A stretch of 64,000 nucleotides of DNA from Candidatus Levyibacteriota bacterium (GTDB lineage Bacteria > Patescibacteriota > Microgenomatia > Levybacterales > UBA12049): contig JACOXU010000002.1 of NCBI GenBank assembly GCA_016182185.1, positions 86,874 through 150,873 of the forward strand, read 5' to 3'. Positions 48,992 to 57,955 of the stretch are shown here, one piece after another. The first letter of the stretch is position 1, and every line of letters starts with the position of its first letter. The position numbers and the translations under genes were made by a program. The notes under the pieces were generated by a model. The model was not told where the DNA came from, did no database searches, and saw nothing but the letters and a program-made list of their open reading frames with translations.

Positions 48992-49313
48992 ATTTTTTAA
49001 AATATTGCCATCCAATAATAACAACAGTCGTAATAAAAAATGGCCATAGAAAATTAAAAAATATGAATTCTTCAAGAGGAAGACCTGTGGATGGATTACC
49101 GAAAAACCAAATACCCAAAGTCCCTGAAGTATTGTAATTCCATAGTCCGCTTCTAACCGATAAGAGATCCCAGGGAGTTCCAAAAAGAAAAGTTGGAATT
49201 ATGGTAAATAAATAAATTTTTATGTATGGTAAAAGCATTTTCCAAAAGAAGAACCAAAGTAAAATAAGCGGAATTACAAAAAATATAAGTTGTAGATTCA
49301 GGTACACAAACAT
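48981..49313 (-). CDS. lycopene cyclase domain membrane protein
   Basis: PWD..V..GLW.Y...GI....GLPLEE.IF, a CrtYc/Yd-type motif. Confidence 0.8.
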   Translation of the reverse strand: MFVYLNLQLIFFVIPLILLWFFFWKMLLPYIKIYLFTIIPTFLFGTPWDLLSVRSGLWNYNTSGTLGIWFFGNPSTGLPLEEFIFFNFLWPFFITTVVIIGWQYFKKYVW

Positions 49314-49407
49314 AGTTATCTATTTTAATGAATTTTGGAGTAGAACACAATATTTTAAAACAAGTAAATTTGACGATTATAGGCCCAAAATGTTATTATC
49401 CGTTGTT

Positions 49408-50283
49408 ATGCACGAAAAATTACATTCGATTGTTCATAACGGACGGATATTTGTTGATGCAGCCTGGGGAGCTGCTACAAGAAGAAGTATCTTAAGATCA
49501 GGTCTTGAAACATATCTTAAAAAGGTAAATCGGAAGCCTGAATCATCTTATAATCCGGATGATGAAATTATACTGCGTGAATTTTTTCCGAGAATATCTC
49601 AGGCAGTCAAAGAAAAAAATCATTCAAGACAAAGCCTACTTACACTTCCTTGGAGTACTCAAAAAATTGAGCTCCATCGTTTGGCCAAGGCCATTATTGC
49701 ATTTTCAGACGATCATGGTAAAGAAACTGTGCCCGAGTTTTTTCCAGTTGAAGAAATGTTTCAATTTCTAAATGAAGTAAGATGTCAGTTTCAGCAGACA
49801 GGAAAGCAGTTGACTTTAATAAATCAACTTGATATTGCCTTGCGTCAAACAGACAATCATCCCACTGCTGCAGCAATTCTGACAAGTGTTTCTTACAGAG
49901 CGTTACGTAATTGTGACAGAAGAATTGACCCGAGACTTTCTTTTGCAATAGATTCAGACACAGAATCAATTACCATGATGGATATTGCCAGAAGCACGGC
50001 TGATTTTGCTATGGCAGATAAAAGAGATCCTTTAGGTAATACATACCATTGGAGGTCACAGTTTTCTTTTGTAATGACTTCGCCCTTATTCAAAACTGAT
50101 TCCCCAACGCAGGTAAATGCATATAACACCGCATTTCATTTTGGGCCGGAATTAACACGAGGTATAAGAAATAAGCTTTTGGGCATGCCGCTTGCAGCTG
50201 GAGATCATAAAGATGTTGACAGACAAGGCATGCGTATAGGAAGAGGAATAGGAAGCCTAGTCATTAGTAGACTCTGCAAATAA
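49408..50283 (+). CDS. hypothetical protein
   Basis: Long ORF; start moved to 49408 to avoid overlap with the divergent gene. Confidence 0.7.
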   Translation: MHEKLHSIVHNGRIFVDAAWGAATRRSILRSGLETYLKKVNRKPESSYNPDDEIILREFFPRISQAVKEKNHSRQSLLTLPWSTQKIELHRLAKAIIAFSDDHGKETVPEFFPVEEMFQFLNEVRCQFQQTGKQLTLINQLDIALRQTDNHPTAAAILTSVSYRALRNCDRRIDPRLSFAIDSDTESITMMDIARSTADFAMADKRDPLGNTYHWRSQFSFVMTSPLFKTDSPTQVNAYNTAFHFGPELTRGIRNKLLGMPLAAGDHKDVDRQGMRIGRGIGSLVISRLCK

Positions 50284-50331
50284 AATTAGTAGTCAAACTT
50301 CAAACTGCGACTTCTGTGGTACAATAGGTTT

Positions 50332-52035
50332 ATGCAGAATGTTGAAAAAGAAATTGCTGATGCGCTTAAAAAAATATTAAAAGAAGAAATTGGAGAAGAT
50401 GTAAAAATAGAGATTTCTCGTCCTCAAGATTCTTCTCATGGAGACTACTCAACCAACATTATACTTCGGATTTTTCACAAATTAGCCCAAAAATACCAAA
50501 ACCCCCATGATCTTGCAGAATTTATAGTAAATCAGCTTCAAAAAAAATTACCCAATATAGAGAAAATTCAAGCTTTTCCGCCCGGATTTATAAATTTTTG
50601 GTTGTCAGGAAAATATCTTTTTGAAAAACTGGATCATATTACAACACAACAAGATAATTTTGGAAAAGAGGCACAATTGAGAAATAAAAAAATAATGCTA
50701 GAATTTGCTGATCCAAATCCTTTCAAAGAATTTCATATCGGCCATTTAAGAAATATAACGCTGGGAGAGTCATATGCAAGACTTCTAGAGTTTCAGGGAG
50801 CGGATGTCTGGCGGGTGAATTATCAGGGAGATGTCGGGATGCATGTGGCAAAAGCCCTATGGGGAGTTCAAAATTCAAAAGTCAAAATGCAAAATTTAAA
50901 GTCAAAAGATGAAAGGTCAAAGTTTTTAGGAGAGGCATATGCATTAGGCGCTAAGGCATACGATGAAGATGAAAAAGCCAAAAAAGAAATAGAGGAGATA
51001 AATCTTAAAATTTATCAAAAGAGCGATCAGAGTCTTAATAAACTTTGGGAGAAGGGAAGAAAATGGAGCCTCGATCACTTTGAAGAAATTTATAAAAGAC
51101 TCAGGACAAGATACAAAAGATATTACTTTGAAAGCCAAACTGCAGAACCTGGACGTGAGATAGTTTTGAAAAATATTGAAAATAAAATATTTGAGAAACA
51201 CGACGGCGCTGTAGTTTTTAGAGGAACGCACACGAGAGTTTTTGTTACCAGCGAGAATTACGCAACTTATGAGGCAAAAGATCTTGCCTTGGCCAAAATC
51301 AAATTTGAAGATTTTAAATACGATAGGTCGATAATCATCACTGCCAATGAACAGATAGAATACTTCAAAGTTGTTTTAGAGGCGATGAAAAAAGTTTCGC
51401 TTGAGCTTGCTAATAAAACTATCCATGAATCTTTTGGATTTGTAAAACTTAAAGAAGGTAAAATGTCATCAAGAAAAGGAAGTGTGATAACAGGGGAATG
51501 GCTTCTGGATGAGGCGAAGAATAGATTAAAGTCGCAATTTCCCAAAATGGATGGGGAAACACTGGAGAAAGTCGCCGTTGGAGCCGTAAAGTATTCCATG
51601 CTGAAATTTTCCCGTAAATCCGATATTACCTTCAGCTTCGATGAGTCGATCAGTCTTGAGGGCAATTCAGGACCGTACCTGCAGTACTCCTATGCTCGTA
51701 CGCAAAGCGTGCTGGCGAAAATCCCAAATCCCAAATCCAAAATCCCAAATAATTCTAAACTTCAAAATATAAAACTGGAAAGAGAAGAGGAATTACTACT
51801 CAGGTTATTAATCCATTTTCCGGAGGTTGTCAAGGATTCTTCTGAGAATTTTGCACCGAATATTCTCTGCAATTTCCTTTTCGAGCTTGCCCAGAGTTTT
51901 AATAATTTCTATCAAAAGCACAAGATTATCGGAAGTAAAACTGAAGAATTTAGATTAAATCTAACCTTAGCAGTCGGCCAGATCCTCAAAAACGGCCTCT
52001 TTCTTTTGGGTATTGAGGCGCCTGAGAAGATGTGA
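50332..52035 (+). CDS. argS: arginine--tRNA ligase
   Basis: HGDYSTN, EFADPNP.K.FHIGHLRN, KMSSRKG, GNSGPYLQY. Confidence 0.98.
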   Translation: MQNVEKEIADALKKILKEEIGEDVKIEISRPQDSSHGDYSTNIILRIFHKLAQKYQNPHDLAEFIVNQLQKKLPNIEKIQAFPPGFINFWLSGKYLFEKLDHITTQQDNFGKEAQLRNKKIMLEFADPNPFKEFHIGHLRNITLGESYARLLEFQGADVWRVNYQGDVGMHVAKALWGVQNSKVKMQNLKSKDERSKFLGEAYALGAKAYDEDEKAKKEIEEINLKIYQKSDQSLNKLWEKGRKWSLDHFEEIYKRLRTRYKRYYFESQTAEPGREIVLKNIENKIFEKHDGAVVFRGTHTRVFVTSENYATYEAKDLALAKIKFEDFKYDRSIIITANEQIEYFKVVLEAMKKVSLELANKTIHESFGFVKLKEGKMSSRKGSVITGEWLLDEAKNRLKSQFPKMDGETLEKVAVGAVKYSMLKFSRKSDITFSFDESISLEGNSGPYLQYSYARTQSVLAKIPNPKSKIPNNSKLQNIKLEREEELLLRLLIHFPEVVKDSSENFAPNILCNFLFELAQSFNNFYQKHKIIGSKTEEFRLNLTLAVGQILKNGLFLLGIEAPEKM

Positions 52036-52050
52036 TATCATGACAGAATC

Positions 52051-52077
52051 GATCAGCTTCAAGTCTGATCTTTTTTA
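52051..52077 (+). terminator. intrinsic terminator after argS
   Basis: GATCAG...CTGATC followed by T7. Confidence 0.55.
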
Positions 52078-52089
52078 TCTTCAAACCTT

Positions 52090-53367
52090 ATGAATTACCA
52101 AAGAACAGTTCTTTCAAACGGCCTTAGTGTTTTGACTATCCCTATGCCTTCCTTCAAGAGCGTGACCGCAATGGTGATGGTGGGCGCCGGCAGTCGTTAT
52201 GAAACAAAAAAGAATAGCGGAATCTCTCACTTTTTAGAACACATGGCATTTAAGGGAACTAAAAAACGGCCCTCCGCGCTTGATATCTCAAATTTAATTG
52301 ATGGAATTGGCGGAGAATTTAATGCTTTTACAGGAAAAGAGGCAACCGGTTACTATATCAAATCATCTGCAAACCATACAGAGCTTTGTCTTGATGTTCT
52401 TTCTGACATGCTTCAGAACTCCCTCTTCGATGAAAATGAAATAGGTAAAGAGAAAGGTGTAATTTTGGAAGAAATTAATCTTTACGAGGATACACCGGTT
52501 CGAAAGATAGGAGATATATTTGAAAGATTGGTTTACGGAGATACGCCCATGGGATGGGACATAGCAGGAGTAAAAGATGTCATAAAGAGCGTTCAAAGGA
52601 AGGATTTTATTTCATACATGGATAGTTTATATAGCGCAGATAATATTACCGTTGTACTCGCGGGAGGCATCACAAGTAAAAGAGCCAATGAGTTAGTAGA
52701 AAAATATTTTGGAAAAATGAAGAAGTTTGATATATTACGATATAATAAAGTAGTAGAGACCCAAAAGGAACCCGGTCTTCTTATAAAGCAGAAGAAAACA
52801 GAGCAAGTCCATGTTGCTCTTGGGGTTAGGACAGTTCCCCTTAATCATAAAGACCGCTATTCACTTTCTGTCCTGTCAGCTATATTGGGCGGCGGAATGA
52901 GTTCAAGACTATTTCATGAAGTTCGTGAAAGAAGAGGACTTGCTTACTATGTCAGAACCAGCTCCGACCACTATCAGGATTGTGGGAATCTTGTCTCAAC
53001 AGCCGGAGTGGATCCCAAGAGAGTGGGTGAGGCAATCGAAGTTATGATTTCTGAGTATCATAAAATTAAAAGCGAAAAAAATGGCATTAGTAGCAAAGAG
53101 CTTAAGAAAGCAAAAGAATACTTAAAAGGACACTTAATCTTGGAGCTTGAAGATTCAAGATCAGTTGCAGGTTTCTATGCGCATCAGGAGCTTCTTGAGA
53201 AGAAAATCGATAATCCTTCAGAAACAATTGTCAAGATAAACAAGGTAACCGCAGATGAGGTTCAGAAAACTGCTCGTAAATACTTAAACGAGCAGGGATT
53301 AAACCTGGCAATAATCGGTAATTTTCCCAATGGACAAGAGTTTAAGAAACTATTAAAATTAACCTAA
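52090..53367 (+). CDS. M16 (pitrilysin-like) zinc peptidase
   Basis: HFLEHMAFKGT, NAFT, GMSSRLF.EVRE.RGLAY. Confidence 0.95.
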   Translation: MNYQRTVLSNGLSVLTIPMPSFKSVTAMVMVGAGSRYETKKNSGISHFLEHMAFKGTKKRPSALDISNLIDGIGGEFNAFTGKEATGYYIKSSANHTELCLDVLSDMLQNSLFDENEIGKEKGVILEEINLYEDTPVRKIGDIFERLVYGDTPMGWDIAGVKDVIKSVQRKDFISYMDSLYSADNITVVLAGGITSKRANELVEKYFGKMKKFDILRYNKVVETQKEPGLLIKQKKTEQVHVALGVRTVPLNHKDRYSLSVLSAILGGGMSSRLFHEVRERRGLAYYVRTSSDHYQDCGNLVSTAGVDPKRVGEAIEVMISEYHKIKSEKNGISSKELKKAKEYLKGHLILELEDSRSVAGFYAHQELLEKKIDNPSETIVKINKVTADEVQKTARKYLNEQGLNLAIIGNFPNGQEFKKLLKLT

Positions 53368-53442
53368 TTAACCTAATTGACCTAATTAATCTAATTGATC
53401 TAAAATAGATTTAGTAATTAGAAATTAGAATTTAGAAATTTT
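53355..53442. repeat. AT-rich tandem-repeat element homologous (inverted) to the 23S helix-25 insertion
   Basis: AATTAACCTAATTGACCTAATT..CTAATTGATCTAAA...(TTAGAAA)n matches the reverse complement of 1737-1834. Confidence 0.75.
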
Positions 53443-53448
53443 CAGGAT

Positions 53449-54021
53449 ATGGAACAGACAGTGGTATTATTTAAACCGGACGCAGTCAAAAGAGGACTGG
53501 TTGGAGAAATACTTAAAAGACTTGAAAGAACAGGACTTAAAATTGTTGCAATGAAAATGGTGACAGCATCCGATGAACTTCTTCTCAAGCACTACCAAAG
53601 CGACAATCCTGCAACTCTTAAAAGATGGGGAGAGAAAACCCTTAAGACATACACTCAATATGGAAAAAATGCCAAAAAAGAATTAGGAACTGATGATCCT
53701 ATGGAGCTTGGGAAAATGGTCAACAAATGGCTCTTTGACTACGTAAAATCAGGACCGATTATTGCCATACTTTTGGAAGGAAAACATGCAGTTGAGAACG
53801 TAATTGCTCTTGCCGGCCCGACTATGCCGGTTCAATCTCCGGCAGGAACTATAAGGGGTGATTTCTCAACCGATTCGGCCGCTTATGCCAATGATGAGAA
53901 AAGGGGAGTAATGAACCTTATTCATGTTTCAGCAAGTATTGAGGAGGCAAATCTTGAAAAAACCCTTTGGTTTACGCCTTCTGAAATTCACGATTACAAA
54001 AGAGTAGAGGAGTATATTTAA
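53449..54021 (+). CDS. ndk: nucleoside-diphosphate kinase
   Basis: KPDAVKRGLVGEI, SGP, GTIRGD, NLIH.S. Confidence 0.95.
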   Translation: MEQTVVLFKPDAVKRGLVGEILKRLERTGLKIVAMKMVTASDELLLKHYQSDNPATLKRWGEKTLKTYTQYGKNAKKELGTDDPMELGKMVNKWLFDYVKSGPIIAILLEGKHAVENVIALAGPTMPVQSPAGTIRGDFSTDSAAYANDEKRGVMNLIHVSASIEEANLEKTLWFTPSEIHDYKRVEEYI

Positions 54022-54248
54022 AACTTTTTTCTTGTTCTTTTTCCGCAAAAGAACCAAAACTCCCGTCAAGCCTTGTCTCATGCTCTCAAAGTTTCGCTCA
54101 TTTGTCGGGTGATAACACCCCCTCCGAATTCACGGGTTCCCCCTGACGCACTCACTTAACTTCTCGTGCATTCGACATGCGGATTGGCGAAAAGTATTCC
54201 TCCTTCCTCGCTTGACTTTTGGTTTTTTGGGTTTATAATATTCCTATT

Positions 54249-54590
54249 ATGTCGGGAATAGAATCAAGGACCCGAAATCAATCAGTAGACGTAGAAATAA
54301 GAAGAGGACTTTTTGGTTTAAGAAAAAGAGTTGTTCACATGGAAGCGGGAGATGGAGTTCCTATTGGTAAAGGATTACATGTCGAAAATGGAGGTTCCTA
54401 TTTTTGGATAGCTGAAAAAGGATTAGAAGGAAGAAATGTCTCAGTTAGGCGAGCGCTAAAAGTTAGTAGGAGACGAGAGGAACCATTCATGCACAAAGCT
54501 AAAAGTAATTTTTTCCCCTATCACATTCCCGAGGGATTTGAAATAAAAATAAAAACACCTTCGATGCGAGTAAAAGTGAGTAGAGGATAA
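54249..54590 (+). CDS. hypothetical protein
   Basis: ATG 9 nt after TATAAT, with TTGACT upstream. Confidence 0.6.
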   Translation: MSGIESRTRNQSVDVEIRRGLFGLRKRVVHMEAGDGVPIGKGLHVENGGSYFWIAEKGLEGRNVSVRRALKVSRRREEPFMHKAKSNFFPYHIPEGFEIKIKTPSMRVKVSRG

Positions 54591-54592
54591 TT

Positions 54593-54933
54593 ATGCCGGA
54601 GATTGATTTTAACAAACGAAAAGAATAGAGAAATTTTTAACTTGGAGACACGGAAAGTTTGCGTTTGGCGAAGCAAAGACAAGAGGTGAAGGTGAACTTT
54701 ATGATAGTGGCGAATATCTTTATGCAGATTTAATTAACGGAGAGCCAGTAAACACTTTCGCAGAAACTAGAACTACTAGTGTATTACCAGAAGCACTTAT
54801 TAGAGCTGATGTCAGTGAGAAACATGCAGAACAACTCAAAAAGCGCGGGGTAATTTTTGATTCTAAGGAAGGCCCTCGACAACCCGAACCTAGAATCTCT
54901 ATAGAGCAGAGATCTATGGGTGAATGGATTTAA
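54593..54933 (+). pseudogene. frameshifted hypothetical ORF
   Basis: MPEIDFNK... stops early, while another frame stays open 54613-54933; consistent with a 1-nt indel near 54616. Confidence 0.5.
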
Positions 54934-55382
54934 CTACTCTTAGCTTCTTCTTTTTTTTTCCCCTTTTTAAACAGCGAGTAGCTTAGGAAGAAAATTGATA
55001 GATTGATAATTTCTGAAAGTACGCAATACTGACAAAAATTCTTAAGAATAGCCAGTTGTATATAAAAAAGTAGAATTGAGGCAATAACACCCGTTGCTGC
55101 AATAAAAAATATTGCATTTGAAAAAATCTTTCTTGAATTGTGATAAAACATCAGGCAGACTGCAATAATTGATACGTAAAATAAACTTCCTAAGAGAGCT
55201 ATCGGCACGCCGAATATGGTTGCGAATTGACTCGTTAAGACTGTTTCGCATCCTTTAGTTATGGTACAGGGAGGAAAAGCATTTTTATAATGCAGAATTG
55301 TTAAATATGTTGCATCAAGGAATCCCAAAAAAGCTAAAAAGCCAATTAGAGGAAGAATATATTTATTTTTTATCAATTTCAT
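54930..55382 (-). CDS. vitamin K epoxide reductase (VKOR) family protein
   Basis: C.ITKGCETVL.S.FA..FGVP.A.LG...CQYC. Confidence 0.93.
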   Translation of the reverse strand: MKLIKNKYILPLIGFLAFLGFLDATYLTILHYKNAFPPCTITKGCETVLTSQFATIFGVPIALLGSLFYVSIIAVCLMFYHNSRKIFSNAIFFIAATGVIASILLFYIQLAILKNFCQYCVLSEIINLSIFFLSYSLFKKGKKKEEAKSS

Positions 55383-56091
55383 TTTGGACGAGTTGTTTAA
55401 AATCATTATATGATCTTGGATTCTGAATCTTCACTCCATTGAGAAAAAAGGTAGGAGTGGAATTAACACCAATTGAAAGACCCTGGCTATATTGTTCGTT
55501 AATGATCTTCTTGCCCTCATCAGATTCTAGATCAGCTTGGAATTTTTCCATATCAAGTTTAAGCTTGCTGGCATAATCTATAAAAATTTCTTTTGCATTT
55601 GAAGCATTTTCCCAGGATTTTTGATCTGTATAGAGCAAATTATCCATTTCCCAAAATTTACCCTGCTTATGAGCTGCAAATCCTGCCTGCGCAGAGATCA
55701 TTGCGTTTTTGTGAGTTTGAATGAGGGGAAAAAATCGGTACACGAAATAAATGTTATCTTTAAAATCTATTATCAGCTGGTTCACGAAGGGTTGATAGGC
55801 TGCGCAGGCAGGGCACTGAAAATCAGCGTATTCGACCAATACTGCCTTGGCTTTCGGGTTCCCAATTGCTATGTCTGAACTTGTGATTGGTGGAAGCTTA
55901 ACAAGCTCGGGGTTTGTTTGAGGAGAGTTTGCAATTTGAATAAGTCCCCAGACCGATACGATCAAGATAAATACTGCACCTGCCCAAACTGCTATCTGTT
56001 TGAGCATTTTGCTCCTTTTTTCTTTATTAAGCTTTTCTTCCCATTCCTGTTTTTTAAGTTCTTTCCTTTCTTTTTTAGTCAATTTTTCCAT
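55363..56091 (-). CDS. DsbA family thioredoxin-fold oxidoreductase
   Basis: EYADFQCPAC, FPL, GVNSTPTFF.NG. Confidence 0.93.
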   Translation of the reverse strand: MEKLTKKERKELKKQEWEEKLNKEKRSKMLKQIAVWAGAVFILIVSVWGLIQIANSPQTNPELVKLPPITSSDIAIGNPKAKAVLVEYADFQCPACAAYQPFVNQLIIDFKDNIYFVYRFFPLIQTHKNAMISAQAGFAAHKQGKFWEMDNLLYTDQKSWENASNAKEIFIDYASKLKLDMEKFQADLESDEGKKIINEQYSQGLSIGVNSTPTFFLNGVKIQNPRSYNDFKQLVQNEIDKK

Positions 56092-56165
56092 TTTGTAATC
56101 ATGACATAAATTATTTCTAATTTCAATATGGTTGAAGTTTTAATTTTTATGTTAATATATATATT

Positions 56166-56465
56166 ATGTTACATCCTCATAAAGAAATGAAACATGGCGG
56201 AAATTTGTTCCACCGTATCTTGACCGGAATAGTAATGGTAGTCGCGACTCTAAGCCCTCTTATTACAGCTCCTCAACTCATAAATATTTATATAAGCAGA
56301 AATGTGAGCGGTGTTTCTCAAGTAACATGGCTGGCTTATGTTTTTACTGCGTCCATGTGGTTTTCTTATGGAGTTATTCATAGAGAGAGGGTTCTTATTA
56401 TAAACGGAGCATTGGGGGTAATTCTGGGATCCTTGATTTCGCTTGGAATCGTACTCTACCGCTAG
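56166..56465 (+). CDS. SemiSWEET/PQ-loop transporter
   Basis: APQL..IY....GVS...W..YG...N. Confidence 0.85.
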   Translation: MLHPHKEMKHGGNLFHRILTGIVMVVATLSPLITAPQLINIYISRNVSGVSQVTWLAYVFTASMWFSYGVIHRERVLIINGALGVILGSLISLGIVLYR

Positions 56466-56536
56466 CCTGCGTAAACTATATCTTCCTCGGCACCTTGATT
56501 TATGACTAGATTTTGTTTGGGGTTTGGGGGTTAAGT

Positions 56537-56875
56537 TTAGTCAAGTCGTCTAGTTGCTCTGGGTTCCCATTTTGATTTAATATATTCTTCTACAGAACGA
56601 CCTTTTGTTTCATCGGCGCCAGTTACATGTCCTCTCACAATATGGTACGCATATAGATCTGGATTAGTCTCTTGGTTTCTGCCCTCTTCATGAACAAGAT
56701 AAACTAATACTGAATCATTTGGATTATTGTTGTTGGGAATTGCCCAATGCCCTTCATACCTTAACTTATATGGATAATCTGCGGAAATATTTTCAGGTTT
56801 GTAGCCTGGCTCAACGGACGCATACTCATAATATAAGTATTCATTTATTCCTTTTCTGGTTTTTGGCGTATCCAT
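56537..56875 (-). CDS. hypothetical protein
   Basis: 112 aa ORF; TATAAT 6 nt upstream of the ATG. Confidence 0.6.
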   Translation of the reverse strand: MDTPKTRKGINEYLYYEYASVEPGYKPENISADYPYKLRYEGHWAIPNNNNPNDSVLVYLVHEEGRNQETNPDLYAYHIVRGHVTGADETKGRSVEEYIKSKWEPRATRRLD

Positions 56876-56900
56876 TATAAAATTATAGCAAAATTTCTTG

Positions 56901-56972
56901 TCGGGGTAGCCCGATTTGAACGGGCGACCTCACCGTCCCGAACGGTGCGCGCTACCACTGCGCCATACCCCG
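56901..56972 (-). tRNA. tRNA-Pro(CGG)
   Basis: Acceptor CGGGGTA/TACCCCG; anticodon arm CACCG-TT CGG GA-CGGTG. Confidence 0.94.
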
Positions 56973-57025
56973 TAGATTTTTTTTCATTTTAAATCTTTCT
57001 ATGCTAAAATACAAATGATCTGATT

Positions 57026-57098
57026 GTCCTCGTAGCTCAATGGATAGAGCAGTCCCGTCCTAAGGGAAAGATTGGAGGTTCGACTCCTCTCGAGGACG
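57026..57098 (+). tRNA. tRNA-Arg(CCT)
   Basis: Acceptor GTCCTCG/CGAGGAC; loop GT CCT AA; GGTTCGACTCC T-arm. Confidence 0.93.
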
Positions 57099-57099
57099 C

Positions 57100-57810
57100 A
57101 TGTCCAAAACTGAAATTATCCGTTTCCTAATTCTTCGGACTATCGGGAATTTTTTGGTTCTTTTTGCCGTCTTCGGGGTAGTTGCAACCTTCGGACCGTC
57201 GCTTTACTATGAGGTTTCATTCCGTATTGTACAGGCAAGAGGAGTCAAATATGTAGTTGCGGATGAAACCTCACCGCTCGGAGAGATTCTAAAAAAGCAG
57301 AATGTTCAAACCGAAGGCCTAAGTGGAGGATTTGCAAGTGTATTGGCCGGATCCAAGGAGCAAATATTGATGCCAAAAGATACAGATTTTAGTATTTTGA
57401 TACCAAAGCTTGGTATTTCTTCGAAGGTTTTTGCCAATATCAATCCAGCCAGCGAAAATGAGTTTTTGCCCATTTTGCAGCAAGGAGTAGCTCATGCAAA
57501 AGGAACAGTTTTTCCTGGAATACCAGGAAATATTTATTTATTTGCTCACTCAACGGATAATTTTTGGAATGTCGGTCGATATAATGCAGTATTTTATTTA
57601 CTTAAAGATCTTGTACCCGGGGACGACGTGATTATATTCTTCGAGAATCAAAGACATAATTACATCGTTACTGAGACTAAGATTCTTGATGGAGATGACA
57701 CATCATTTCTGACCAATTCGCAGACTGGAAAGGAAGTATTAATTCTTCAGACATGCTGGCCGCCAGGGACCACATGGAAACGTTTATTAGTTTTTGCAAA
57801 GCCAAAGTAA
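57100..57810 (+). CDS. sortase
   Basis: N-terminal TM; GVAH..G...PG..GN.Y.FAHS, LQTCWPPG...R catalytic H/C/R. Confidence 0.92.
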   Translation: MSKTEIIRFLILRTIGNFLVLFAVFGVVATFGPSLYYEVSFRIVQARGVKYVVADETSPLGEILKKQNVQTEGLSGGFASVLAGSKEQILMPKDTDFSILIPKLGISSKVFANINPASENEFLPILQQGVAHAKGTVFPGIPGNIYLFAHSTDNFWNVGRYNAVFYLLKDLVPGDDVIIFFENQRHNYIVTETKILDGDDTSFLTNSQTGKEVLILQTCWPPGTTWKRLLVFAKPK

Positions 57811-57822
57811 GTTAGATTTTAC

Positions 57823-57928
57823 GCTGAGGTCGCTCACAAAATTTTTCTGTTCGCAACGCGGGCAGATTATTTCCAAAAGAAGGTTCAGCGACGCAAATGC
57901 TTACATCAAAATTTTGCAAGCTCCCCGC
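57823..57928 (+). repeat. ~106 bp hairpin element, intergenic copy
   Basis: Homologous to the leuS insertion at 40258-40369. Confidence 0.85.
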
Positions 57929-57955
57929 GCAGGGTTTTAATATTTGAACTTATAT

